The position numbers were made by a program, and so were the translations under genes. Below are positions 28,408-37,317 of a DNA stretch of 64,000 bases, one piece after another. The DNA lies in NCBI GenBank assembly GCA_964410925.1, contig CAYPIW010000124.1, positions 14,821 through 78,820 on the forward strand, in the 5' to 3' direction. Origin of the DNA: an uncultured Desulfobacteraceae bacterium (GTDB taxonomy: Bacteria > Desulfobacterota > Desulfobacteria > Desulfobacterales > UBA11574). The notes beneath the pieces were generated by a model. It was not told where the DNA came from and did no database searches. It was given only the letters and a program-made list of their open reading frames with translations. Position 1 is the stretch's first letter, and every line of letters starts with the position of its first letter.

Positions 28408-29319
28408 ATGAATAAAAGATATACTGATTTTAACACTTATCTGAGAAATACCTTTGGTTGCAGAGTTCAAAAAATAACCATTGATGCGGGTCTTTCCTGC
28501 CCAAACAGGGACGGTACGATCTCAACAGGAGGATGTATATATTGCAATGCCCGCGGATCCGGAACCGGTGCCCATGCAAAAGGACTGTCTGTGACCGATC
28601 AGATCATCCAAGGTAAAAAAGCGCTTTCCAAGCGGTACAAGGCAAAGAAATTTATTGCCTATTTCCAATCATTTTCCAATACTTACGGTCCTTTTGACAA
28701 GCTTAAAAGTCTTTATGAGCAGGCCCTTGCCATAGAAGATGTGGTGGGGTTGTCCATCGGTACAAGACCGGACTGTGTAAATGAACCGATTCTGGAGCTG
28801 TTACAAGGGTATGCGGACAATTACCTTGTCTGGATCGAATACGGCCTGCAATCGGCCAATGATTCGACACTTGCCCGTATCAATCGGGGGCATGACGTTA
28901 TGTGTTTTAAAGAAGCAGTTCTCACAACGAAAAACAGAGGGATCAAAATATGTGCCCATGTTATTGTCGGGCTTCCCAATGAAACAAAAGCCCATGTGCT
29001 TGAAACAGCCCGGGCTGTTTCAGACATGGAATTAGACGGCATAAAAATTCACCTTCTTTATGTTGTCAGGGGCACAGTGCTTGATAAGCTCCACGCTGCG
29101 GGCAAATATACATGCCTTGAGCAGCAGGAATATGCGGATCTTGTCTGTGATTTTCTGGAACATATTCCGAAAAATATGGTTATTCAGCGACTCACCGGAG
29201 ATCCACACCCTGAAGAACTGGTTGCCCCCATATGGGCCCTTAAAAAAACAGAGAATATGGCCCTGATAAAAAAAACTCTGGAAAAAAGGGATTCGTGGCA
29301 GGGAAAGTATTTCTTGTAA
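28408..29319 (+). CDS. radical SAM protein, TIGR01212 (YhcC) family
   Basis: CPNRDGTISTGGCIYCN cluster motif and the overall family pattern. Confidence 0.75.
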   Translation: MNKRYTDFNTYLRNTFGCRVQKITIDAGLSCPNRDGTISTGGCIYCNARGSGTGAHAKGLSVTDQIIQGKKALSKRYKAKKFIAYFQSFSNTYGPFDKLKSLYEQALAIEDVVGLSIGTRPDCVNEPILELLQGYADNYLVWIEYGLQSANDSTLARINRGHDVMCFKEAVLTTKNRGIKICAHVIVGLPNETKAHVLETARAVSDMELDGIKIHLLYVVRGTVLDKLHAAGKYTCLEQQEYADLVCDFLEHIPKNMVIQRLTGDPHPEELVAPIWALKKTENMALIKKTLEKRDSWQGKYFL

Positions 29320-29321
29320 AT

Positions 29322-30989
29322 CTATTGTGATAACGATCCAACTTTTTTTGTATATCCTTGTACAATGGGATAGTTTCTGCCATAACCGAACGCCTTTGAC
29401 GTTACCTTGAGGCCCGGAGCCGCCTGATTTCGCTTGTATTCGTTTCTATCGACTTTAAAGATAATCTCCTCTACCATATCTTTATCAAACCCCATTTGAA
29501 CCAGCTCATCCGCTCCTTTGAAGTCTTCAATATATGCTTTTAAGATAGAATCAAGGAGTTCATAAGGGGGCAGGTCGTCCTGATCGCTTTGATCGGGTTT
29601 GAGCTCAGCGGAGGGTGCTTTGGTAATAATGCGTGGCGGGATATATTCTTTTTCCCGATTTATAAAGCGAGCCAGATCATAAACGGTGGTTTTTGGAACA
29701 TCTGAAATTACTGCCAGTCCTCCGTTCATATCGCCGTAAAGCGTACAGTAGCCCACAGCCAGTTCGGACTTATTACCCGTAGACAGGACAAGAGAGCCAT
29801 GTTTGTTGGACAGGCCCATAAGTATTGTACCCCTGATTCTGGCCTGGATATTCTGTTCCGTAATGCCGGGTTCATCGTCTTTGAAAGACGGTGAGAGGAA
29901 TCTTAAAAATTCTTTAAAGATGCCGTCTATGGGGACCCGGGTAAGCACTATGCCCAGATTTTCGGCAAGTTCCTCAGTATCTTCATAATTTTCTTTCGAG
30001 GTATACTGAGACGGCATAAATACAACCGAAACATTTTCCCGCCCCAAGGCTTTAACCGCAATACATACTGTCAGCGCCGAATCTATTCCTCCGCTTAACC
30101 CAACGACAACCTTTGAAAAACCGCACTTTGTGACATAGTCCCGGGTTCCCATGACAAGGGCTTTCAAGATAGATTCCGTATCCGAATTTGAAATCGGATG
30201 AAGGTCGCTTTTGAATGACTCAGGTGCCTGTGAATCAAAAACGAGAAGATCTTCATCAAAATCACATGCTCTGGCCACAACATTTCCGTTTTTGTCAAAA
30301 ACAGTGCTTATTCCATCAAAAAGAACACTGTCATTTCCGCCAACCTGGTTGGCAAATATTAAAGGAACGCCGTATTTTCTGGCCATGGAACTGAACATAT
30401 TCCATCTGAATTCTCTGGTTCCCACATAAAACGGAGATGCGGATACATTGATAACCAGATCGGCTCCGGCTTTTACAACCAGGGCCACAGGATCGGTGGC
30501 ATATAGTCTTCTTTTGAAGACATCCTCATCGTTCCATGCATCTTCACAAATGGTAAGTCCTATGCTGTGTCCCTTGTAAGGGTACAATCCACTTTCCCGG
30601 CCGGGCTCAAAATACCGGCTCTCATCGAATATATCGTACGTGGGCAGGAGTCTTTTATGAACTTTATACAATATATTGCCGTCTTCAAAATGAACCGCAG
30701 AATTAAAAAGGGGTTTTCCTCTATTGTCAGAATTTTTATCCACAAATCCGCATATCACACCGATACCTCGTATTGACGACACGAGCCTGTTTAAACACGC
30801 AAGATTCGCATGGATAAAATCATTCTTTTCAAGAAGATCACGTGGCGGATATCCCGGAATTACGAGCTCCGAAAAAACAACCAGATCACAGTTAAGTTCA
30901 ATGGCCTTATAAGCAACACATTTAATTTTTTCAAAATTATAATTAAAGTCACCGATAATGGGATTAATTTGCGCAATCGCTATTTTCAT
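29322..30989 (-). CDS. nadE: glutamine-dependent NAD+ synthetase
   Basis: An N-terminal carbon-nitrogen hydrolase domain (MKIAIAQINP) is followed by a NAD synthetase domain (GLSGGIDSAL). The start is set at ATG 30987-30989. Confidence 0.9.
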   Translation of the reverse strand: MKIAIAQINPIIGDFNYNFEKIKCVAYKAIELNCDLVVFSELVIPGYPPRDLLEKNDFIHANLACLNRLVSSIRGIGVICGFVDKNSDNRGKPLFNSAVHFEDGNILYKVHKRLLPTYDIFDESRYFEPGRESGLYPYKGHSIGLTICEDAWNDEDVFKRRLYATDPVALVVKAGADLVINVSASPFYVGTREFRWNMFSSMARKYGVPLIFANQVGGNDSVLFDGISTVFDKNGNVVARACDFDEDLLVFDSQAPESFKSDLHPISNSDTESILKALVMGTRDYVTKCGFSKVVVGLSGGIDSALTVCIAVKALGRENVSVVFMPSQYTSKENYEDTEELAENLGIVLTRVPIDGIFKEFLRFLSPSFKDDEPGITEQNIQARIRGTILMGLSNKHGSLVLSTGNKSELAVGYCTLYGDMNGGLAVISDVPKTTVYDLARFINREKEYIPPRIITKAPSAELKPDQSDQDDLPPYELLDSILKAYIEDFKGADELVQMGFDKDMVEEIIFKVDRNEYKRNQAAPGLKVTSKAFGYGRNYPIVQGYTKKVGSLSQ

Positions 30990-31150
30990 GGCAATCAAGA
31001 TAAATAGGACACAGATTTTACAAATGTACACAGATTACACTATTATCATATAATTTAGGGGCTTTGCCCCAATTGGCCTTCGGCCCACAGGGCCTACGCC
31101 CTGGAGGGAATAATGAAACAATGAAATAATGTGTCCAAAAAAGGAAAAAC

Positions 31151-32113
31151 TTATACCATCTGTTTATTGGTATATCTTTGGTCGTTTTGCAAGAAACTTT
31201 TTATAAGCATTTGGATTTCGCTTAGCTGTCCGGGCTCTCTCCATATAATCTCAGGGTCAGCCTTGAACCAGGTCAGCTGACGTTTTGCATATCTTCTTGT
31301 ATCCCGTTTCAATGTCCTGATGGTCTCATCCCATGGATATCGTCCTTTAATAAAACCGATCAGGTGACGATAACCGATGGACTGCATGGATTTAAGGTCG
31401 TCCGAGTACCCCATTTTCAAAAGTCCCTTTACCTCGTTAAGAAACCCGGAGTCGATCATTGCATCCACCCTGTGGTTAATACGGTCATAAAGCACCTCCC
31501 GGTCTATGTGCATGCCTATTTTTAACACCCTGAACCGATTATCTTTAAACCCGTGATCCTGTTGAAATGCAGTAATGGTCTTTCCTGTCAACTCATGTAC
31601 TTCAAGAGCCCGTATAATCCTGTAAGTGTCATTGGGATGTATTCTTTCTGCCGTATCAGGATCATGCCTGCTCAACCGTTGGTAAAGATAGCCGGCCCCG
31701 TAAATCCGGGCTTGTTCTTGCAAACGCTCACGCACATGAATATCTGACTGGCCGGCCTTAAACAGGCCGTGCACAAGTGCTTTTATATAAAGTCCCGTAC
31801 CGCCGACAACAAAGGGGGTAACGCCACCGGCATAGAGTCTCATGATTTTGTCATGGGCCATTTCGGCGAACTGTCTGGCATCAAAATGCTCATCCGGGTC
31901 GATTAAATCGATCATATGATGAGCTACGCGCGACTGTTCATCCGGCGTGGGTTTTGCAGTACCGATATCCATATGTCTGTAAATTTGCATTGAATCGGCA
32001 CCAACAATCTGGCCGTTAAAAATCCCGGCAATATGAATTGCCACAGAAGTTTTGCCCAAAGCCGTTGGTCCGCAGATAATTATGATTTTCGGTTTCACAT
32101 TTTCAGCACACAT
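31151..32113 (-). CDS. miaA: tRNA dimethylallyltransferase
   Basis: P-loop IIICGPTALGKTS and the MiaA body (DSMQIYRHMDIGTAKP). Confidence 0.9.
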   Translation of the reverse strand: MCAENVKPKIIIICGPTALGKTSVAIHIAGIFNGQIVGADSMQIYRHMDIGTAKPTPDEQSRVAHHMIDLIDPDEHFDARQFAEMAHDKIMRLYAGGVTPFVVGGTGLYIKALVHGLFKAGQSDIHVRERLQEQARIYGAGYLYQRLSRHDPDTAERIHPNDTYRIIRALEVHELTGKTITAFQQDHGFKDNRFRVLKIGMHIDREVLYDRINHRVDAMIDSGFLNEVKGLLKMGYSDDLKSMQSIGYRHLIGFIKGRYPWDETIRTLKRDTRRYAKRQLTWFKADPEIIWREPGQLSEIQMLIKSFLQNDQRYTNKQMV

Positions 32114-32367
32114 GATTCAATTTACCAGATGCTTTCGGGGGGTTACTCCCCTCCGGCGACTGTCTGACGGCCGTTAATGAATTATAATTTTTATATCCAT
32201 AACATTCAGGATACATTAGAGTATATTCAGGATCAAATTATTTTCAAAAAAATTTTATATTTTTCATATTGACATTGATAAATTAATCATATAGAGATTT
32301 TTAGATTATAAATAAAAGAAGGCGGCAGGGTAATAAGAATAATTAAAATATAAAGGAGGTTTGTTAA

Positions 32368-32685
32368 ATGGCAACAGTTGAGTTTATGGGAAAGAATTTC
32401 ACCGTAGATGAAGATGGCTTTATCGATGACTATAATAATTTTTGTCCAGAGTGGGTGCAATGGGTAAAAACTCAAGAAGGAATCGAAGAATTGACCGAAG
32501 AGCACGAAAGAGTTGTTAAAGTGCTTCAGGAATACTATGAGAAGAACGGAATCGCCCCTATGGTCCGTATTTTATCAAAAGTTACCGGTTTCAAACTGAA
32601 ACATATTTATGAGCTGTTTCCGTCAGGACCCGGAAAGGGAGCCTGTAAGATGGCCGGTCTTCCGAAACCGACCGGATGCGTCTAA
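32368..32685 (+). CDS. dsrC: DsrC/TusE-family sulfur relay protein
   Basis: 105 aa. The C-terminal arm ...GACKMAGLPKPTGCV carries the two conserved cysteines of DsrC. A strong AGGAGG lies 7 nt upstream of the start. Confidence 0.9.
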   Translation: MATVEFMGKNFTVDEDGFIDDYNNFCPEWVQWVKTQEGIEELTEEHERVVKVLQEYYEKNGIAPMVRILSKVTGFKLKHIYELFPSGPGKGACKMAGLPKPTGCV

Positions 32686-32726
32686 TCACAAACACTATAA
32701 TTGATTTTATCAGTTTGTAACAAAAA

Positions 32727-32756
32727 AGTCCTGCAATTAATGCAGGACTTTTTTGT
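32727..32756 (+). terminator. rho-independent terminator of dsrC
   Basis: agtcctgca-attaa-tgcaggact followed by ttttttg. Confidence 0.8.
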
Positions 32757-32843
32757 TTTGTGGAGAGGATGAAGGATCTGTAGCGGTCAATCAGGAACCC
32801 GAACAGAATTGATAGATACTACTTCAAAGATTCAGGAGTACCC

Positions 32844-33299
32844 ATGCCGCTGATAGATGATATGGACAGGGCAATCCTTAACCTGATTCAATCCGATTTT
32901 CCCATAACCCCCCGCCCTTATCTTGCAATCGCCCAACGTCTTGGTTTTTCAGAAAATGACGTTATAAAACGACTGGATCGGCTAAAAAAAAAGGGCATTA
33001 TACGACGAATAGGAGGGAATTTTGTTCCTGAAAAACTAGGATTTGTGAGCACCTTATGTGCGGCAAGGGTTCCGGAAGACAAAATCCAAAGCTTTGCCAT
33101 AGCGGTAAACCGCTATCCGGGAGTCACTCATAATTATCAGCGGGATAATAAGTATAATGTCTGGTTTACCTTTATTGCGCCCTCTATGAAGAATATAGAG
33201 GAAAACCTTGAAAATATCTCCCGACAGACAGGGATTAAGGAAATTATCAACCTGCCGGCCACAAAGGTTTTTAAGATAAAGGCGCAGTTTAACCTTTAA
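32844..33299 (+). CDS. AsnC/Lrp-like siroheme decarboxylase subunit (AhbA/AhbB, NirD/L family)
   Basis: 151 aa with an N-terminal HTH (DRAILNLIQSDFPITPRPY) and the VTHNYQRDNKYNVWFT motif typical of this family. Confidence 0.65.
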   Translation: MPLIDDMDRAILNLIQSDFPITPRPYLAIAQRLGFSENDVIKRLDRLKKKGIIRRIGGNFVPEKLGFVSTLCAARVPEDKIQSFAIAVNRYPGVTHNYQRDNKYNVWFTFIAPSMKNIEENLENISRQTGIKEIINLPATKVFKIKAQFNL

Positions 33300-33329
33300 C
33301 TTTTCAGGATACCAACTTTGATGAATTCA

Positions 33330-33477
33330 TAAAAAGTCCGATTTAGACGGTTTTGTAAAAAGTTCAAATTCAAGGCGTGCAAATTTTGTAATCATGAGGC
33401 GTACTTATCGTACGTTGAATGATTGCGAAATGCAGCACAACGCAGAAGTTGGACTTTTTACGAAACCGTCAACTTTA
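33330..33477 (+). repeat. 148-bp palindromic MITE-like element, copy 1
   Basis: It is ~90 percent identical to 62717-62864 (about 15 mismatches, no indels, manual alignment). The arms gacggttttgtaaaaagttc and ggactttttacgaaaccgtc are inverted repeats (18 of 20). Confidence 0.7.
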
Positions 33478-33533
33478 ACGACGAAAAACCACACATCTAC
33501 AAACGAAAGTCAGCATATTAACGCAACCTTAAC

Positions 33534-34373
33534 ATGAAACTGGCTCGAAAATCTAAAGATATGAAAGATGTTCGCATTGCACTCGTTGTCTCTAACTCAC
33601 CGGCAAACAAAATCAATAACAATCTCAAGGGCATGGTCAAGTGGATTAAGTCCTCGAAAAATCAAGGCGCCGCTATCGTTTGTTTCCCTGAGATGAATAT
33701 CTCGGGATATAGTAATCATCAGGATATAAATCTGGCTGCAGAACCGATTCCCGGACCGACAAGTCGGTATCTTTTGAATTTGGCTCAATGTGAAAAGGTT
33801 GTCATCCTGGCAGGCATGGTTGAAAGGGACGAAGAGGACCGGTTGTTTGCGAGTCATCTGGTGATAAAACCTGACGGATTTGTAGGCGTCTACAGAAAGC
33901 TACACATTTCTCCTCCGGAACGTACCGTTTTAACACCCGGGAACAAAATCCCTCTGTTCCATGCAGAGGGGGTGAATTTTGGCATCCAGCTTTGTTACGA
34001 TGCCCACTTCCCCGAGCTTTCCACCCGGATGGCCTTAAAAGGGGCTGATCTTATCTTTATCCCTCATGCATCTCCGAGAGGAACTCCCGGAGAAAAATAC
34101 CGATCATGGATGCGTCATTTGCCTGCAAGGGCATTTGATAACAGCCTGTTTATTGTCGCGTGCAATCAGACAGGTGAAAATGAAAAAGGGCTCAGATTTC
34201 CGGGTATCGCCTTAATCATCGGACCATCCGGCGAAGTTATTCACAAGGATATAAGCGGAAAGGAAGGTATGTTATTAGCAAACCTGAAGGCCCAAGACTT
34301 GGACCGGGTTCGAAAGCACAGGATGAGATACTTTATTCCGAACAGAAGACCTGAACTTTATTGGACCCCATAG
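33534..34373 (+). CDS. carbon-nitrogen hydrolase (nitrilase superfamily) protein
   Basis: CFPEMNISGY (catalytic Glu), YRKLH (Lys) and LCYDAHFPE (Cys) form the catalytic triad. The start may be the ATG at 33561. Confidence 0.8.
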   Translation: MKLARKSKDMKDVRIALVVSNSPANKINNNLKGMVKWIKSSKNQGAAIVCFPEMNISGYSNHQDINLAAEPIPGPTSRYLLNLAQCEKVVILAGMVERDEEDRLFASHLVIKPDGFVGVYRKLHISPPERTVLTPGNKIPLFHAEGVNFGIQLCYDAHFPELSTRMALKGADLIFIPHASPRGTPGEKYRSWMRHLPARAFDNSLFIVACNQTGENEKGLRFPGIALIIGPSGEVIHKDISGKEGMLLANLKAQDLDRVRKHRMRYFIPNRRPELYWTP

Positions 34374-34473
34374 AGTTCGAAGCAAAGCTTACAGCAATAA
34401 CCCTATTATGCTTGGAAACGGGACGCCAGGGCAAGGTTCAAACATCATGATTATCCCCGAGCGTCCCCTTCCT

Positions 34474-34734
34474 CTATCCGCACAGGCGCAGCTCACGGCC
34501 GGTAAGCGCCAACGTACCGTTTGGTGTAAACTCTCCGATCATACAGGTAATTTGTTTCATCCCCCTGATCATTAAGGAACACCATGCATCGAGCACGTCA
34601 AAATGACCGGTTTGAGTTGTAATGATCTCGATAAGATCTGCATGAATTTTTTGTTGTATTGTTTTTCCCCCGGAATCCGCATCCCAATTGGGCGGTTCTT
34701 TGCCTACAACATAAATAATTAGTCCTGATTTCAT
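34474..34734 (-). CDS. 86-aa hypothetical cytoplasmic protein controlled by a cobalamin riboswitch
   Basis: The start is set at MKSGL, with AAAGGAGGTGA 6 nt upstream. No family recognised. It is the only gene downstream of the riboswitch. Confidence 0.6.
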   Translation of the reverse strand: MKSGLIIYVVGKEPPNWDADSGGKTIQQKIHADLIEIITTQTGHFDVLDAWCSLMIRGMKQITCMIGEFTPNGTLALTGRELRLCG

Positions 34735-34794
34735 ATTTTCACCTCCTTTCATAACATGTTAAGTCCCGCCCGGGATACGCAAGCACGCCCAAAT

Positions 34795-34830
34795 AAAAAA
34801 GCCCTACAATCCTTATAAAGATTGTAGGGC
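34795..34830 (-). terminator. riboswitch expression-platform terminator
   Basis: The minus strand reads GCCCUACAAUC-UUUAUAAG-GAUUGUAGGGC followed by UUUUUU, 60 nt before the ORF start. Confidence 0.8.
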
Positions 34831-34839
34831 TGCACCCAG

Positions 34840-35062
34840 CTTACTTGACCCCTTTTTTATGTAACCATAACGCTCTGTAACACCGCAGAGACACAGTTAT
34901 TCCTAAGGCAGGTCTTCTGACTCCCGGTTCATCCTAATCTCTGCGCCTTCCCATACGGTTAAAACCAGACAGTGGCATATTGCAGATTTTGTCGCCGGTC
35001 ACAGCGGCGGGACCGCTCCCGATTCTCACGGAATTCCCTGTTAAGCCATAATAGGCACCTTT
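34840..35062 (-). promoter_or_regulatory. cobalamin (B12) riboswitch
   Basis: The minus strand contains AGGTGCC...ACAGGGAATTCCGTGAGAATCGGGAGCGGTCCCGCCGCTGT...GCCACTG...GGGAAGGCGC...AGTCAGAAGACCTGCC (B12 box), in the canonical order. Confidence 0.85.
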
Positions 35063-35065
35063 GTA

Positions 35066-35097
35066 ATTTTTCTATAAAATTTCAAAAAACCTGTCAA
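35066..35097 (-). promoter_or_regulatory. candidate sigma-70 promoter for the riboswitch transcript
   Basis: The minus strand has TTGACA (35097-35092), with TATAGA/TAGAAA 15-17 nt downstream. The predicted start falls at the first riboswitch helix. Confidence 0.4.
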
Positions 35098-35205
35098 GAA
35101 AAATAAAACATAAAAAAAACTTATGTGAAAAGGTTCGGAACCTGTAGTTCTTATGCCAATTGGGTTTAAATCCAATCATCTCTTGATTTCAGACAGATAT
35201 ATAGT

Positions 35206-35221
35206 TGGCATAACCATTGCA
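35206..35221 (+). promoter_or_regulatory. sigma-54-type promoter (-24/-12)
   Basis: TGGCAT-aacca-TTGCA has the exact consensus spacing, ~400 nt upstream of pdaD. Confidence 0.45.
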
Positions 35222-35251
35222 TTGTTACAAGAAACTTTGTATCTTTTTTTT

Positions 35252-35287
35252 AAAAAAAACAGGGGGGGATCCCCCTTCTTTTTTTGA
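35252..35287. terminator. orphan bidirectional-looking hairpin
   Basis: aaaaaaaac-agggggggatccccct-tcttttttt is a GC stem flanked by an A-run and a T-run. No annotated gene ends here. Confidence 0.4.
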
Positions 35288-35621
35288 CAGTTATTCCTAA
35301 TCATCTGAATTATGGAGTTGATAGCGTACTATGAAGAGATTCGTTTTAAGAAATTGCAACCATGGACAATCCCGTTTGGGAAATGGACTGTATCTGTTTA
35401 TCAAGAAATTGTAGACATAAAATAAAAAATTTTGTAGAGTTTATGTCCGAAATTCAAGCTTGATATATTCAATTGGGAATTGCTCCAGATTATATTGTCC
35501 AAAAGTTTTTTGCAAACAGTTCTGCAATACGGAGGCACACTCAAAAACGGATGCCGTGAAATTTTTACAGATCATCAACAATACGCTGTTGATAACTATT
35601 TTTTTATAAGGGGTTCTCAAA

Positions 35622-36176
35622 TTGAACAAATTAATTCCAAAACGTATGTTTTTTACCAAAGGTGTCGGCTATCATCGCAACAAGCTGCAAAGTTTTGAGC
35701 TGGCTTTAAGGAACGCCGGCATCGAAAAGTGCAATCTTGTTTATGTCTCCAGTATCTTTCCGCCGGATTGTAACTTCATTACAAGAGATGAGGGGATTAA
35801 AGAATTGCAAGCCGGCCAAATTACATTTGTCGTAATTGCCAGGGAAAGCACCAATGAACCCAATCGATTGATTTCCGCGGCTATTGGATTGGCCCAACCC
35901 AAGGATAATAAACAGTACGGGTATATCAGTGAACACCATGCCTTTGGCGAAACCCTGAAGAAATCGGCCGATTTTGCTGAAGATCTCGCTGCAACCATGC
36001 TTGCCTCAACTTTGGGAATTGAACTGGATCCGGATGTGGCATGGGATGAACGCAAACAGGTTTACAAAATTGGCAAGAGGCTGTTTGTTTCTCGCAGTAT
36101 TGCCCAATCGGCAAGAGGGCACAAATCCGGACTTTGGACAACGGTAATCTCTTGTGCCGTCATGTTGTTGGACTGA
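35622..36176 (+). CDS. pdaD: pyruvoyl-dependent arginine decarboxylase
   Basis: 184 aa. The sequence PKRMFFTKGVG...NLVYVSSIFPP contains the self-processing VSS site region typical of PdaD. Confidence 0.8.
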   Translation: MNKLIPKRMFFTKGVGYHRNKLQSFELALRNAGIEKCNLVYVSSIFPPDCNFITRDEGIKELQAGQITFVVIARESTNEPNRLISAAIGLAQPKDNKQYGYISEHHAFGETLKKSADFAEDLAATMLASTLGIELDPDVAWDERKQVYKIGKRLFVSRSIAQSARGHKSGLWTTVISCAVMLLD

Positions 36177-36243
36177 TCCGCTTTCAAGAAACCGTCTGCG
36201 ATTATCCCGAGATAAAAACTTATTTAATTAAAAGAAGAAATCT

Positions 36244-37317
36244 ATGCCACGTTCACATTCCATGTTCAAAAACTCTCCGGATATTATTCCGCCGTCTCTT
36301 TCCAGGGGCATGACGATTACCGACATTATCAATAGTCTCGGGCGGACATCCTTTGAAGCCAGAAACGTTTACAGGGGTGCCAGGCTCTTTAGAAGAATGA
36401 TCGATCACGGCGATGTAATCTGGCTCGGTATTGCCGGAGCAGGTATCGCCGGCGGCATGGGGGGAATGGTGATCTCGTTGCTGGAAGCCGGATTTATCGA
36501 TGTAATTTGCTCAACCGGAGCTCAGGTGTATCATGATTTGCATTTTGCCTTCGACCTGCCCGTCAAAGCGATTTCTCCCAACTGCGATGATAATGTCCTC
36601 AGACGCCACGGCGACACCCGAATTTATGATATCGGTATTCGCGATAAAGAAACTCTTAAAGCGCAGGATGAGATCATTCGTGCATTCGTCAAGGACTGTT
36701 ATAAAGAATATCTTTCAGGAAAGGGCCTTTCGAGTTGGGAATTTAATTATGCTTTAGGAAACTGGGTGCTTGAAAACTGTACATACCCACAGCGAAGTTT
36801 TGTGGTCAAGGCAGCCGAAATGGGAGTCCCGATTTTCTGGGATTCATTGGCCAATCATTCCATTGCGATGAATTTAGTCCGAACGGACAGGAAAGGATTT
36901 CCTATCCATCTGTCTGCGCAAAAAGACATATTTGATTCAGCCGCCATTGCGTTTTCATCCAGACAAACCGGCTTTATCGAACTTGGCGGCGGTGGACCTA
37001 AGAATTTTATTCAGCAAACCGGACCCACGATCGATCAAATCTTAGAAATTAAATTTGAAGGAGCAGGTCGGGGGCTACAAATTGGCACCGCCATTGAAAA
37101 AGAGGGAAGCTTGTCCGGATGCACGTTCAGCGAATCTGTAACGTGGGGTAAATACCGCGAAGCAAATGATGAAAAATTGGTACAGATCTGGGGTGAATAC
37201 AGTGTAATTTTTCCGCTTCTGGCAGTTTATGCTCTGGATAACTGCAAAACGCGACCCTCCCGGAATATGATATCCCAAATACCGGCATTCATAAAAAAAT
37301 TGGAAAAAGCTCAATGA
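36244..37317 (+). CDS. deoxyhypusine synthase-like protein (possible homospermidine-type synthase)
   Basis: 357 aa with DHS-family motifs (LGIAGAGIAGGMGG, CSTGAQVYHD, GGGGPKNF). The start may be the internal ATG (MFKNS). Confidence 0.75.
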   Translation: MPRSHSMFKNSPDIIPPSLSRGMTITDIINSLGRTSFEARNVYRGARLFRRMIDHGDVIWLGIAGAGIAGGMGGMVISLLEAGFIDVICSTGAQVYHDLHFAFDLPVKAISPNCDDNVLRRHGDTRIYDIGIRDKETLKAQDEIIRAFVKDCYKEYLSGKGLSSWEFNYALGNWVLENCTYPQRSFVVKAAEMGVPIFWDSLANHSIAMNLVRTDRKGFPIHLSAQKDIFDSAAIAFSSRQTGFIELGGGGPKNFIQQTGPTIDQILEIKFEGAGRGLQIGTAIEKEGSLSGCTFSESVTWGKYREANDEKLVQIWGEYSVIFPLLAVYALDNCKTRPSRNMISQIPAFIKKLEKAQ

